A stretch of 56,267 bases of DNA, from positions 1 through 56,267 of the forward strand of contig JABIHA010000059.1 of NCBI GenBank assembly GCA_018649885.1, given 5' to 3'. The position numbers and the translations under genes were made by a program. Below are positions 1 through 10,279 of the stretch, piece by piece. The stretch's first letter is position 1. Every line of letters begins with the position of its first letter. The notes beneath the pieces are model-generated. The model did no database searches. It saw only the letters and a program-made list of their open reading frames with translations, and had not been told where the DNA came from. Origin of the DNA: Bacteriovoracaceae bacterium (GTDB lineage: Bacteria; Bdellovibrionota; Bacteriovoracia; Bacteriovoracales; Bacteriovoracaceae).

Positions 1-1
1 A

Positions 2-139
2 TCAAATGACATATTAAAATATTGGCAGAAAAGTTACGCTTGGCCAAATAATATGAATGACATAGAGCCGCACCGGCGAAAAAGCCTGGTGGGTTCAACA
101 ATTTATTGGGCAGTTACGTATTTATGGGGCGTAGATTAA
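2..139 (+). CDS. Possible 3' end of a CDS entering from outside the window
   Basis: Frame open from base 2 to TAA at 137-139 (SNDILKYWQ...YLWGVD*), convergent with and slightly overlapping the 122..2023 gene. Confidence 0.4.
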   Translation, partial: SNDILKYWQKSYAWPNNMNDIEPHRRKSLVGSTIYWAVTYLWGVD

Positions 140-2023
140 AGTGGGGTAGGCGCCACTTGTAAAAGTCCATTGACCTGAGCTTCCCCAGTAGTCACTGGCA
201 GCCCCATCTCCCCAAGGAATTGCTGTCGAAGAAGAAGCGGGTTGAAGAGAGGCGGTAGATACTCCTCCTTCTGTAGTGGTATCAGTACAGGTAGTGGCAC
301 TGCATGTGAGGTCTGAATTGTATTTGCAATTTCCGCACGTGGAGGGGCTTCCTGTGTAGATGTATTCTGGAACTGGGCTTGCGGAGCCGGTAACAGTGAT
401 GGAGCTATTGGCCGCAAAACTTTGATTAATGGCCATTGAGCCCGAAGAGGTAATGGTTTCGCCAATTAGCCCACCTACTTTATCGCCTAGTAAAGGTGCT
501 ACCAGAGCACTAGAGGAATAAGTTCTTTCAAGTGAGGTGACACCTGATCCAGAATTGGTGACAGAGCCAACGAGTCCACCAATATGTGAGGCACTGCCAG
601 TTGTAGCACTATTTGTGACGGCCCCTGTAGAGTATGAGTCGAAGATTCTCATGCTGGTAGAAGTAGCGTTCTCATAGGTTTCCACCAATCCTCCAATTTT
701 TGATAGGCCTGAGGTTGTGTCTCCACTCGTGACAGCTGAGCTAGAGTAGCAGCCATCAATATCAGAGTCAGTAACTATTCCAACTAGGCCTCCCAGTACA
801 GCTGAATTTGCTGAGTCTACCGTACCCGAGGAACTAGAGCTGGTTATGGTAGTGCTGGTGGCGGCAGAGCCCACAAGACCTCCTCCGACGCCGTAGTCTA
901 CATCTACATCCACTCCAGCTGCGCTCATTGAAATGCTGGAACCAATTACCATGCCAATTAACCCTCCAGCATTTTGGTTGGCATTCATGACAATGCTAGA
1001 GGAGACGATGACAGAACCTACGGTGGTGCCATTTGCGTAGCCTGCTAGTGTTCCGTGGTATTGAGAACTAGAGGTGCCTACTACTGAGCCATTTGTAATA
1101 TTGAGATTACTGATAGTGGAGCCCGATCCAAGGGAGCGAAATAAACCCACTTTATCAAAAGTGGTCAGGGCAAGGGTCATATTAGATATCGTTTTATTTG
1201 AACCATTAAAATCACCTGTAAAATCTCCAGGAACTGAAGCGTGATCGGTACCGCCAATAGGTATAAATGATGAACCCATTGTTATTAGATCAATATCTGC
1301 ACCAAGCTGGAAGCTGAGTCCACAAGCAATGGAGGTTGCGTTGTTACAGCCAGAGGTTCCAATATCACTTAACTGGCTATCGTTACAAATAATATGAGGA
1401 GAGCCGGGAGTACCAGCGCCTATGTCATTGTAGTTAACTGGTGAGCCAACGTTACAAGGATTTGGGGTCCATGGAAAAATTTGTCCCACACAGTTATCTA
1501 TATTCTGGGCCGTGGACACACTGCCCTCAAATTTAATGGTGTTGATTTGATCGGCGACAATGTCTTTAATCTCAAAGTCGAGGACTTGAGGTTTTGAAAA
1601 GTAATCCACATGATCTGGGATCATTGCACCTTTATAGCAGTGGCCCTGAGATACGTTAGCAGATACTAAGTAGAATCTGACATAGCTTCCGGTATTAAGT
1701 TCCACTTGCAGTTGGGCCCCGCCAGGCGCGAAGCCAATAAATCTCTGAAAAGGGGCGAGAAGGACATTGTTAGCGTAGCGGCAGCTCTCGGCAGTCTGAA
1801 CGCCATGGGAGTAATCTACAAAGACTCCAAAGCAGTTAAATTCGCCAGGAGTTGTGGGAGTACAGTTTCCCCAACCTGGCTCCGGAGTACAAGTCAATGG
1901 ATCTGAAGAGACCAGTGAATGCCCCGCCTCAGGAAGAATAAAGCTCACCAGCACCTTTTCTTCTTCTGGCGGCTGAGAGCATGAGAGCAGTAATGTGCAA
2001 ATAATAAATAAAGGCCATTTCAT
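122..2023 (-). CDS. Lipoprotein with GLUG-like repeats (Ser/Thr/Gly-rich surface or adhesin-like protein)
   Basis: Lipobox LLLSC; FTGDFNG...ISN...VGLF entry motif followed by repeated (A/V/I)GGL(V/I)G motifs; Cys-rich N- and C-terminal parts. Confidence 0.7.
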   Translation of the reverse strand: MKWPLFIICTLLLSCSQPPEEEKVLVSFILPEAGHSLVSSDPLTCTPEPGWGNCTPTTPGEFNCFGVFVDYSHGVQTAESCRYANNVLLAPFQRFIGFAPGGAQLQVELNTGSYVRFYLVSANVSQGHCYKGAMIPDHVDYFSKPQVLDFEIKDIVADQINTIKFEGSVSTAQNIDNCVGQIFPWTPNPCNVGSPVNYNDIGAGTPGSPHIICNDSQLSDIGTSGCNNATSIACGLSFQLGADIDLITMGSSFIPIGGTDHASVPGDFTGDFNGSNKTISNMTLALTTFDKVGLFRSLGSGSTISNLNITNGSVVGTSSSQYHGTLAGYANGTTVGSVIVSSSIVMNANQNAGGLIGMVIGSSISMSAAGVDVDVDYGVGGGLVGSAATSTTITSSSSSGTVDSANSAVLGGLVGIVTDSDIDGCYSSSAVTSGDTTSGLSKIGGLVETYENATSTSMRIFDSYSTGAVTNSATTGSASHIGGLVGSVTNSGSGVTSLERTYSSSALVAPLLGDKVGGLIGETITSSGSMAINQSFAANSSITVTGSASPVPEYIYTGSPSTCGNCKYNSDLTCSATTCTDTTTEGGVSTASLQPASSSTAIPWGDGAASDYWGSSGQWTFTSGAYPTLIYAP

Positions 2024-2248
2024 TACTTTTATTATTCACGAAGAAATTGGGCTTTAAAAGGAAAAAGAGGCCGTTTGCTGCACAGTAGGCGGAGCCGCGG
2101 TTAAATTAAAGTCGCTATCATTCATTATAGTACGTGGCTTATTCACTGTTAGTTTTCTAACAGGCATGTAAATTATAGGCAATAGTCAAATAAAGATAAC
2201 AAATTGTGGTATTTTTAAAAAAAAATAAATTTGCACAAGGTGGGGGCC

Positions 2249-3007
2249 ATGAATTTTTTTTTAATTTTAATGTTATGCTTTCTAATTTATCCATTAAGCT
2301 ATTCATTTGATATAAAGGACACTGTAACTGGAGGGAAGTACTGGCTTACCAACGGATGCTTCAGAGATAAAGACTTCGATCTAACATGTATTCATAGTCC
2401 ATTTTTCGTCCTTGTTACTGATAAAAGCTTGGATCTATACCCTGTTTTTGAAGTTCTCTCTGGTGCAAAAATTGGCGCCACAAACGATTGTTACAAAGGG
2501 AGAACTCATAATGAATGTGATGACAATCTTGAATATATGAAAGTGACAACTCCTACGCCTACAAATCCTACTCTGTTTCCCACACCTAAGTTATATAAAT
2601 TAAGCGAAAGGGAAGTATATGTATGTGTTAAAGCAAGGATGGTTACACTGTCTACTTTAGTGACAAATCAAGCAAATGATTTTCTTAGAGGACAGTCATT
2701 CAACGATGGATTTATTTATAAGGGGTCGTTTTCTACAATTGCAGGCAAAAACTTAGGTCTCTTTGAAACTAGGTCGCCATTAGGTCTTCATGATCCAGGA
2801 TGTGATATTAAAGGTGGTGATTATGTCATCCTTTATGGAACTGAAATTGTTGATGGTGAAGTGAATTACATTATAAAAAGTCCAAAAGTTGACTCCTATT
2901 TAGGAGTTAAAGTTCTTTCTCAATATTTCTCATACATTTCAAAATATAACGATATTGAGTTTGTAAGACAGCTCACTAATGAACAAGCCAATCAATTACT
3001 AGAATGA
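2249..3007 (+). CDS. Hypothetical exported protein, AT-rich
   Basis: Long ORF; ATG at 2249 precedes a hydrophobic signal peptide (MNFFLILMLCFLIYPLSYS). Confidence 0.6.
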   Translation: MNFFLILMLCFLIYPLSYSFDIKDTVTGGKYWLTNGCFRDKDFDLTCIHSPFFVLVTDKSLDLYPVFEVLSGAKIGATNDCYKGRTHNECDDNLEYMKVTTPTPTNPTLFPTPKLYKLSEREVYVCVKARMVTLSTLVTNQANDFLRGQSFNDGFIYKGSFSTIAGKNLGLFETRSPLGLHDPGCDIKGGDYVILYGTEIVDGEVNYIIKSPKVDSYLGVKVLSQYFSYISKYNDIEFVRQLTNEQANQLLE

Positions 3008-3044
3008 TGAAAAATTTATTAGATCTTGGATAAAACATCAATTA

Positions 3045-4415
3045 TTAGTTTAGCATTCTCTCGTGAATGCCTCTAGGCTTGCAAAAAGCATAGATTCCGT
3101 GGAAAGAGTGGGTGGAGCCAATGCCAGAGCCTTTTCTGCCCGACCAAGGCAAGTAGGCTGAGACGCGGTCAAGGCAGTTAATATAGCTTGTTCCACTATC
3201 AACTCGGTCGAGTATTAATTTTGCGCGGTTGTGATCAGAGCTAAATACCGAGGCGGTTAAACCAAAGTCGCTATCATTCATTAAAGCGATGGCCTGCTCA
3301 TCGTCTTGAACTTTCATGACAGCTTTTACTGGCCCAAAAGTTTCTTCTTTCATAACCTTCATGTCGTGATTGGCATCCGCAATAATTGTTGGCTCAAAAA
3401 AAGCGCCAACCTCTCCTACGGGATTTCCTCCTGTAACAACTCGACCGCCCTTGCCCCTGGCATCGGCGATTTGATCGTTGAGAAATCCTTTTTGGATTTT
3501 TCTTGCTAGTGGTCCTTGATTGGTTTTGGACTCAAGTGGATCACCCACCACTAGTTTATTTGTTTCATCGGCCAGCAGATCTACAAAGTCGTGATAGATA
3601 TCTTTGTGCACATAGATTCTTTCAGTGGCGCAACAGCTTTGTCCGTTGTTATAAAAGCAGCCCTCAGAAACAGCTGCTGCTGTTTCTTTAAGTGATTTTA
3701 CGTCGTCGCAAATATAAACAGGGTCTACTCCTCCAAGCTCTAGAACTACAGGGACGAGCTTATCGGCCACTCTCTGGGCAATATATCTTCCCGTTTTATT
3801 GGAGCCTGTGAAAAAGTATCCGTCGAGGGGAAGATCAAGTAGGTAGCGACCTGCATTTGCTCCTCCAACAACTGTTTGAAAAACATCATTGGGTACGCCA
3901 GCAAGGGTTAGGTATTTTTCAATTTCTAGGCCTGTTAAGGTGGTATGCTCACTTGGTTTGTACAAAACAGCATTGCCAGCAATGAGTGCTGGAATAAAAA
4001 CACCAACGCCTACCAGGTAGGGAAAATTCCAAGCAGAGATATTTCCGATGATTCCAAGAGGGTCGTAGACAATTCTTTCATGAGTGTTGCCATCAACATT
4101 GACATTCTTGCCCGATAAATACCTTTCACTTTCAAGTGTAAAGAACTTGATTTTTTTGCAGGCCCCTTTTATTTCATCTCTTGATTGTGAAAGAGGTTTT
4201 CCCATTTCAGCAGTCAATATTTCTGCAAGGGAATCTACATTTTCTCGAAGTAGTTCTGAGAATTTTTTGACAGCAGCTATTCTGTCAAAAATGTCAGTGT
4301 CTTTCCACTTGAGCTGTCCTTCTCTTAAAAGCTGATACTTTGTTTGGACAACTTTTTCAGTGTCTTCATCAATTGATTTGATTAACTTGTCTGTTGCGGG
4401 ATTGATTATTTGCAT
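3045..4415 (-). CDS. NAD(P)-dependent aldehyde dehydrogenase
   Basis: ALDH motifs WNFP, FTGS, LELGG, GQSCCA (catalytic Cys), EETFGP. Confidence 0.95.
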   Translation of the reverse strand: MQIINPATDKLIKSIDEDTEKVVQTKYQLLREGQLKWKDTDIFDRIAAVKKFSELLRENVDSLAEILTAEMGKPLSQSRDEIKGACKKIKFFTLESERYLSGKNVNVDGNTHERIVYDPLGIIGNISAWNFPYLVGVGVFIPALIAGNAVLYKPSEHTTLTGLEIEKYLTLAGVPNDVFQTVVGGANAGRYLLDLPLDGYFFTGSNKTGRYIAQRVADKLVPVVLELGGVDPVYICDDVKSLKETAAAVSEGCFYNNGQSCCATERIYVHKDIYHDFVDLLADETNKLVVGDPLESKTNQGPLARKIQKGFLNDQIADARGKGGRVVTGGNPVGEVGAFFEPTIIADANHDMKVMKEETFGPVKAVMKVQDDEQAIALMNDSDFGLTASVFSSDHNRAKLILDRVDSGTSYINCLDRVSAYLPWSGRKGSGIGSTHSFHGIYAFCKPRGIHERMLN

Positions 4416-5167
4416 TTTTGCTCCTTAACTCTTTCATAAAAATGTTCTAGTAAAAGATCAGGGTTATCGAGCTGATCTCCGATTGTGTGGGAGAACTCAG
4501 GGTGCCATTGAACCCCTAAAATATAGCTTTGGTCGTCGATTCGCGTGAAGGCCTCAATTATATCATCTTCAGTAGAGAGTGCTTCTATTTCTAGGTTTTG
4601 ACCAAGGGTTTTCACTCCTTGGTGGTGAACAGTATTTACATCGAGTACTTTTTTTCCGGCGTACATTTTTTCCAAATGAGTGCCCGGAATTACTTTTACA
4701 CGGTGTTTGATGTGATCATATTTCTCGGCGTCTCTATGTAGGGTTGTCGATTCAATTTGTGAGGGGAGGTCTTGATAGAGAGATCCTCCAAGAAAACAAT
4801 TGATGACTTGAAAACCTCGGCATATTCCGTAGAGAGGGATGTGGTTTTTTATGGCAAAATCTACAATCTTAAATTCGTAAAGGTCGCGGTAGCGATCCCC
4901 CGGCCATTTTTTTGGGTCAATGGGAGTTTCACCATAACTCTCAGGAGCTAAGTCTGAGCCCCCTTGCAAAACAATCCCATCCATATCGGAGAGAAACTCT
5001 AAAAGTCTTTGTTCTTCCAGGTCAGGTATCAGTAGTGGAAGAACTCCATCTTTTGATAGGTACCTGGCCATATCTTTTTCAAGATAGCACAAGCTTTTAT
5101 GCCCAAAGACCACCCTTGATGGATCGGGATACATAAAACAAGAACTCACTCCAATATTAAGACTCAT
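4406..5167 (-). CDS. Gamma-glutamyl-amide hydrolase (peptidase C26, PuuD-like)
   Basis: Class I amidotransferase motifs GICRGFQ, VNTVHHQ, GVQWHPE; ATG at 5167 (MSLNIGVS) overlaps the upstream gene end. Confidence 0.9.
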   Translation of the reverse strand: MSLNIGVSSCFMYPDPSRVVFGHKSLCYLEKDMARYLSKDGVLPLLIPDLEEQRLLEFLSDMDGIVLQGGSDLAPESYGETPIDPKKWPGDRYRDLYEFKIVDFAIKNHIPLYGICRGFQVINCFLGGSLYQDLPSQIESTTLHRDAEKYDHIKHRVKVIPGTHLEKMYAGKKVLDVNTVHHQGVKTLGQNLEIEALSTEDDIIEAFTRIDDQSYILGVQWHPEFSHTIGDQLDNPDLLLEHFYERVKEQKCK

Positions 5168-6320
5168 AGGCCCTCGTATATAGTTGCTTAAAATCTGAAA
5201 GTCCCACTTTTTTAGGATTGCACTGGTGACAAACATCTTCTAGGGCAAGACTTGCAAGACGCTCCCTATTTTGTTCACTCCAATCTAAGTCTAATTTAGA
5301 TAGACTTGATGGAATCCCCAACTTTTTATTAAGCTCTCTGATGATTTTAACTAAATCCTGAGAGCTATCACCTGGGAGCTCAGCATATTTGAGGATTCTT
5401 TTATAGCGGCTTTCAGATGTGGAGCTATTGTAGGCAATACCGTGGGGGAGCATGATGGCATTGGCCAGACCATGGTGCATATCAAAGACTGTTGATAAGG
5501 GGTGTGCAAGTGAGTGGACAACTCCCAGCCCTTTTTGAAAGGCCGTGGCACCCATTAGTGCGGCCATTTGCATTTTGGCCCTAGCCACCTTATCTGAATT
5601 CAATGTGGCCTCAGTAAGAGAATCAAAAACTAGTCTAATTCCTTCAAGAGCAATACCATCACACATGGGAGAGACACCTTTTGAAACAAAGGCCTCAATA
5701 TTGTGAGTCAGGGCATCGAGTCCAGTTGCTGCTGTCACAAAGGGGGGAAGTCCATAGGTTAGCTCAGGATCGGCAAATACTTTTCTAGGCATCAGGCTTG
5801 ACGCAAAGAGGATTTTCTTAGCATGTGTTTCATCATCAGAAATGACAGTGCTTCTTCCTACCTCTGAGCCTGTACCACTTGTAGTGGGAACGGTGACGAA
5901 AAAGGGGATTTCATTGATTACAAATCGGTCGCCACCTTTTGCATCGTCAAAATCAAATAGGTCATTGTCTGGGTGATTTGCCCAAAGGGCAATCGCCCGG
6001 GCGACATCCATACTGGCGCCCCCACCAAGTCCAATTATGGCATCACATTTTGATTGCCTGTAATAATCGACACCCTTTTGGACATCTGATTTCACCGGAT
6101 TTTTGTGAATATCACAAAAACTTGAAACCGATAGATTCGCATCTTTTAAAACTTGCTGAACACTTTCAAAAGGAGGAAGCTCTTTTAGTCCAGGGTCAGT
6201 CACGATCAGTGGTGCTTTGATCCCACACTCTTTTAAATAAATACCTAACTCTTGTATCACTCCTGCACCAAAACGCACAAGAGTCGGAAAATTATAACTA
6301 TATTTACCATTCCAATCCAT
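5157..6320 (-). CDS. Iron-containing alcohol dehydrogenase
   Basis: GGGASMD, PTTSGTGSE, DALTH, HSLAH, HHG motifs. Confidence 0.95.
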   Translation of the reverse strand: MDWNGKYSYNFPTLVRFGAGVIQELGIYLKECGIKAPLIVTDPGLKELPPFESVQQVLKDANLSVSSFCDIHKNPVKSDVQKGVDYYRQSKCDAIIGLGGGASMDVARAIALWANHPDNDLFDFDDAKGGDRFVINEIPFFVTVPTTSGTGSEVGRSTVISDDETHAKKILFASSLMPRKVFADPELTYGLPPFVTAATGLDALTHNIEAFVSKGVSPMCDGIALEGIRLVFDSLTEATLNSDKVARAKMQMAALMGATAFQKGLGVVHSLAHPLSTVFDMHHGLANAIMLPHGIAYNSSTSESRYKRILKYAELPGDSSQDLVKIIRELNKKLGIPSSLSKLDLDWSEQNRERLASLALEDVCHQCNPKKVGLSDFKQLYTRAYES

Positions 6321-6340
6321 GGAGGCCTCCGTCAGAAAAA

Positions 6341-7723
6341 TTATATAACTTCGAAATATCTTTTTAATTCCCAGTCTGTTACTGATTTATCAAATTGTTT
6401 GCATTCCCAAATTCTAGTGGCGCAGAAATGCTTGACGAAAGTTTCACCAAAGAGTTCATTCGCCATCTCTGACTTTTCCATCGCCTTTGTTGCATCCCAT
6501 AGATTTCTTGGAAGCACACCATAGCTTTTTTCTTCGTAGCCGTTGCCTGTGATTGCAGGAGTTTCAAGTTTTAACTTATTTTTCACTCCGTACATCCCAC
6601 AGGCAAGAGATGCGGCCATGGCGAGATAGGGATTGACATCAGATCCTACAACACGGTTTTCAATTCGAGTGGCCTTTTCTGAGCCGGGTAGGGCGCGAAG
6701 GGCAGTAGTGCGGTTATCAATTCCCCATGTCAGTGTTGTTGGTGCCCACATGCCTTCTACTAATCTTTTATAAGAATTAACAGTAGGGGCATACATGGGT
6801 AGGACTTGGGGAAGTCCTAAGAGAAGGCCCGCCATATAGGATTTCATTACTTCACTCATTTTATTGGGATCGGCCTTATCGAAGAAAACATTTTTTCCAT
6901 CACGCCAAAGGCTTTGGTGAATGTGACCTGAGCATCCTGGAAGTTTGTCATTCCACTTGGCCATAAAAGTTGGAATAATTCCGTGTCTGTCGCCGATTTC
7001 TTTTGCAGATGCCTTAAAGAGCACGGCGCGGTCAGCGGCCTCTAATACTTCGTTGTACATGATGGCAGCTTCATAGACCCCTGGACCAGTTTCTGTGTGG
7101 AGACCCTCGATTTCCACATCAAATTCTCCCATCAAATCAAATAAATCGTTAAAAAATTCTCCATTTTGAGAGGCACGAAGAACAGAGTAGCCAAACATTC
7201 CCCTAGTAATAGGATTGGGAGCGACAAATTCGGCATCGTTAAGCTCTACAGAATCTTCTCTAAAATTAAACCACTCAAACTCTTGCGCGAATACCGCTTT
7301 AAAGCCTTGGTCCATACAGTCTTTTCTGACTTTTTTAAGAAGTCCTCTAGGGCAAATCTCAAGTGTTTTACCGCTCGAATCTTTGAAGTCTGCTAGAAAG
7401 AAGGGAGTATTTTCCTCCCAGGGAATGTGCCTAAATGTTGTGAGGTCAATCTCTGCTTGAGCATCTGGATATCCGGTGTGCCAGCCTGTATATTCTATAC
7501 CAGCATTTTCGTAGCATAGATCATTGGCATCCCAACCAAAGACCACATTACAAAATCCAAATCCCCCATTTGCACTTGCCAGAAATTTTTGAGTGTTGAT
7601 AATTTTTCCTCTCATCACGCCATCAATATCTGTGATGGCCACCTTGACTTTAGTGACACCACTATCGTGGATTTCATTGAGAATTTCTTGATTCATGTCT
7701 TCCGTTGACTCTGTGCTTTTCAT
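6341..7723 (-). CDS. Glutamine synthetase-like gamma-glutamyl-amine ligase (PuuA/GlnA4-like)
   Basis: DIDGVMRGK, EFEW, HTETGPGVYE, GCSGHIHQS, NSYKRL, RIENR; operon context with a C26 hydrolase and ALDH. Confidence 0.9.
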   Translation of the reverse strand: MKSTESTEDMNQEILNEIHDSGVTKVKVAITDIDGVMRGKIINTQKFLASANGGFGFCNVVFGWDANDLCYENAGIEYTGWHTGYPDAQAEIDLTTFRHIPWEENTPFFLADFKDSSGKTLEICPRGLLKKVRKDCMDQGFKAVFAQEFEWFNFREDSVELNDAEFVAPNPITRGMFGYSVLRASQNGEFFNDLFDLMGEFDVEIEGLHTETGPGVYEAAIMYNEVLEAADRAVLFKASAKEIGDRHGIIPTFMAKWNDKLPGCSGHIHQSLWRDGKNVFFDKADPNKMSEVMKSYMAGLLLGLPQVLPMYAPTVNSYKRLVEGMWAPTTLTWGIDNRTTALRALPGSEKATRIENRVVGSDVNPYLAMAASLACGMYGVKNKLKLETPAITGNGYEEKSYGVLPRNLWDATKAMEKSEMANELFGETFVKHFCATRIWECKQFDKSVTDWELKRYFEVI

Positions 7724-7757
7724 TTAAAACTCCATTTTATAGTGCAGCTGCACAATC

Positions 7758-9080
7758 TTAATTCTTTACTTGAACAAATAGTTTAAACCAAATAAATGTG
7801 GCACCCATAATTCCAAAAAAGATCATGGCAATCATGGGATTGTAAATTGTCATAGAAACTAAACAAACACAGGCAATGATGAATGCAAGTGCTGGTGAGA
7901 CCGGATAAAAGGGCACCTTGAAAGGTCTTTCCATTTCTGGGCACGACTTTCTAAGTTTGAATAGCGAGAGCATTGAAATGATATAAAGCGAGATAGCGCC
8001 AAAACAAGCGATTGTGATTATCTCTCCCGTTTTTCCTGTCAGTAGAGCGACTATACCAATGAGCATATTCACTACCAGTGCCTTCACAGGTGTTTTAAAT
8101 TTATGGTGGGTTGTTCCCAATGCGCGAGGTGCATAGCCCATTCTTCCAAATTCAAAAGTTGATCTCCCGGCTGCTAGAATAATGCCGTGAAAAGAGGCCA
8201 CAAGCCCAAAGATGCCCACCCCAATCAGAAGATGCATCATTGCCGAATTCTCTCCCACAATTTTACTGAGAGCAAGGGGGAGGGGAGAGTCTGAAGGTGT
8301 GCCGGATCCCGCTTCGTAAACAATGGACTCCCATCCACCAACTCCTATTGAGGAGGTAAATATCAAAAGACAAAGAATCACTAGAGTTGCAATGGCCGAT
8401 CCAAAGCCAATGAGCACATTTCTTTGGGGGTTAATAGTTTCTTCTGCCACATTGGCCACACCTTCAATTGCTAGGAAAAACCAAATAGCAAAGGGAATGG
8501 CCGCAAAAGCTCCGCCCCAACCATTGGGAAGAGGATTGTGAGTGAGGTTGGCCACATCAAAGTGAGGAAGGGTGATTCCTGCAAAAAGCAGTAGCTCTAA
8601 AACGGCAATGACAGTAATGACTAGCTCGAAGATGGCAGCCGTTTTAACTCCTATAATATTAATTCCTGTAAATAATAAATAAGCAAAAATAGCAATTGTA
8701 GTTGTGGTGAGGCCCGGAAACCAATTGGTTAAATAGGCGCCAATGGCAAAGGCAATCGCCGGAGGTGCAAAAATAAATTCGATATTTTGAGTCATGCCGG
8801 CCACGAATCCCCAATTGGGGCCAAAGGCCTTGTGGGCATAATCAAAGGCCCCTCCCGCTTTGGGAATAGCGCAAGCAAGTTCAGTGTAACTAAAGGTAAA
8901 GCAAACATACATGATGATGACAAAGAAGGTCGCCACTGCAAGCCCTAGTGTGCCTCCCTTTGGCAAACCTAAGTTCCATCCAAAGTACATTCCAGAAATA
9001 ACATAACCCACTCCTAGACCCCACAACATGATTGGTCCTAAACTACGATCGAGTTGGCCATCGTCAGAATTACTTCCCAC
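7758..9080 (-). CDS. APC-family permease, ethanolamine permease (Eat)-like
   Basis: LWGLGVGYVISGMYFGWNLG and AIWFFLAIEG motifs; many TM helices; GTG start after GGAG. Confidence 0.85.
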   Translation of the reverse strand: MGSNSDDGQLDRSLGPIMLWGLGVGYVISGMYFGWNLGLPKGGTLGLAVATFFVIIMYVCFTFSYTELACAIPKAGGAFDYAHKAFGPNWGFVAGMTQNIEFIFAPPAIAFAIGAYLTNWFPGLTTTTIAIFAYLLFTGINIIGVKTAAIFELVITVIAVLELLLFAGITLPHFDVANLTHNPLPNGWGGAFAAIPFAIWFFLAIEGVANVAEETINPQRNVLIGFGSAIATLVILCLLIFTSSIGVGGWESIVYEAGSGTPSDSPLPLALSKIVGENSAMMHLLIGVGIFGLVASFHGIILAAGRSTFEFGRMGYAPRALGTTHHKFKTPVKALVVNMLIGIVALLTGKTGEIITIACFGAISLYIISMLSLFKLRKSCPEMERPFKVPFYPVSPALAFIIACVCLVSMTIYNPMIAMIFFGIMGATFIWFKLFVQVKN

Positions 9081-9276
9081 ACATTTCTCCTCATTAATAT
9101 AGTGACCCCATATTGTACTGATTCATTTTATTAAATGGGAAGCGAATAAAAGTGGTGCTCAATGGCACGCAAGGGGCGGTGTGTCATTGTCGGAGTGACC
9201 CTGCGGTGTCGTCATGTAAAAAAGTGCGCACCGTGTAAGAATGTCATATTTTAAGTACTTATATATTTTTTCATTT

Positions 9277-9292
9277 TGGCATATTAATTGCT
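9277..9292 (+). promoter_or_regulatory. Sigma54 (-24/-12) promoter for 9377..10255
   Basis: TGGCATATTAATTGCT: GG-N10-GC with TTGC, 85 bp before the ATG. Confidence 0.65.
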
Positions 9293-9376
9293 CATGCTAA
9301 GTGAAGAGAGATCACTTTATTAGGAATTTAAGTGAAACACATTTCATCAAAAGATGAGTGAGAGAGGAGAATTATA

Positions 9377-10255
9377 ATGAAGAAGACACTTTTAGTATTA
9401 TCGTCGCTACTAATACTAGCACCAGTTTATGCAGATCACAGCGCAGACCCAACAACTTGTGAAAAATTTGAACGGACGACAGATCGGGCCCAGCGGGAAT
9501 ATGACAGCTTTGAGTCAAGACTTTCACAGGCACAAACAAGAATTGCTGTTATTAGCACTACAATTGGATCAGTAGAAAGAAGAAGAACACTTCTTCAATC
9601 AAACTTATCTCGCTACAAGGCAAAAAAGAGAAAGTATAAGACTGAGCTTGCAAATGCTCCCGCAGCTCTTAGAACTGCCAAAGCAAGCCTTGCTATTCAG
9701 GCTCCCAAGTATAGAGCTGCCAAAACACTTTTAGCACAATACAAAAGAAAGCTAGACCGTCTCGATGATCAAGATAGGGAAGCCGAAGAAAAACGATTCA
9801 AAAAAAATGTCTACAAGCCACAAAAAAGAAAAGTTAAAAGACTTGAAGATATTGTTGAAGACCTAAGAGAAGATAGAGATGATGCACAAGAATTCATCAA
9901 TAAAAACCCAGCTAAAATCGCTGAAAAGTCGAGACAAATTAGAGCAACAGAAAGAAGTCTTAGTTCACTTCAAAATGTTTCAGACCTAAGAGCTGAAAGA
10001 AGAGGACTTGAAGCACTACTTTTTGATTCAGCAGCTGAAAAGTCAAGACTTGAGAGAAAAGTGGAAGCTGCACAAAGAGAAAAAAGAATCTGTCTAAGAT
10101 CAGAAGTTACACTTCCAACAATCAAAAAAGTTATGAGAGAAGTAGGACAGGTAGGATGTGATAACTACTTGAGAAAAGATTTCTACGGCCAGAGTTACCA
10201 ACGTAGAAGACAAAGAGCACAAGACGAAGTCCTTCAGTCGGTCTGTTCACTTTAA
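9377..10255 (+). CDS. Secreted basic coiled-coil protein
   Basis: GAGGAG RBS; signal peptide ending VYA; long K/R/E/A/L helical body; own terminator. Confidence 0.8.
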   Translation: MKKTLLVLSSLLILAPVYADHSADPTTCEKFERTTDRAQREYDSFESRLSQAQTRIAVISTTIGSVERRRTLLQSNLSRYKAKKRKYKTELANAPAALRTAKASLAIQAPKYRAAKTLLAQYKRKLDRLDDQDREAEEKRFKKNVYKPQKRKVKRLEDIVEDLREDRDDAQEFINKNPAKIAEKSRQIRATERSLSSLQNVSDLRAERRGLEALLFDSAAEKSRLERKVEAAQREKRICLRSEVTLPTIKKVMREVGQVGCDNYLRKDFYGQSYQRRRQRAQDEVLQSVCSL

Positions 10256-10279
10256 TTCAGATCTAGTTTAAATATAGAG

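Noticed and set aside
6341..7723. Housekeeping glutamine synthetase glnA
   Set aside because: Catabolic operon context and motif pattern fit a gamma-glutamyl-amine ligase
9163..9177. Second sigma54-like box TGGCACGCAAGGGGC
   Set aside because: Lacks TT before GC; the 9277 site fits better
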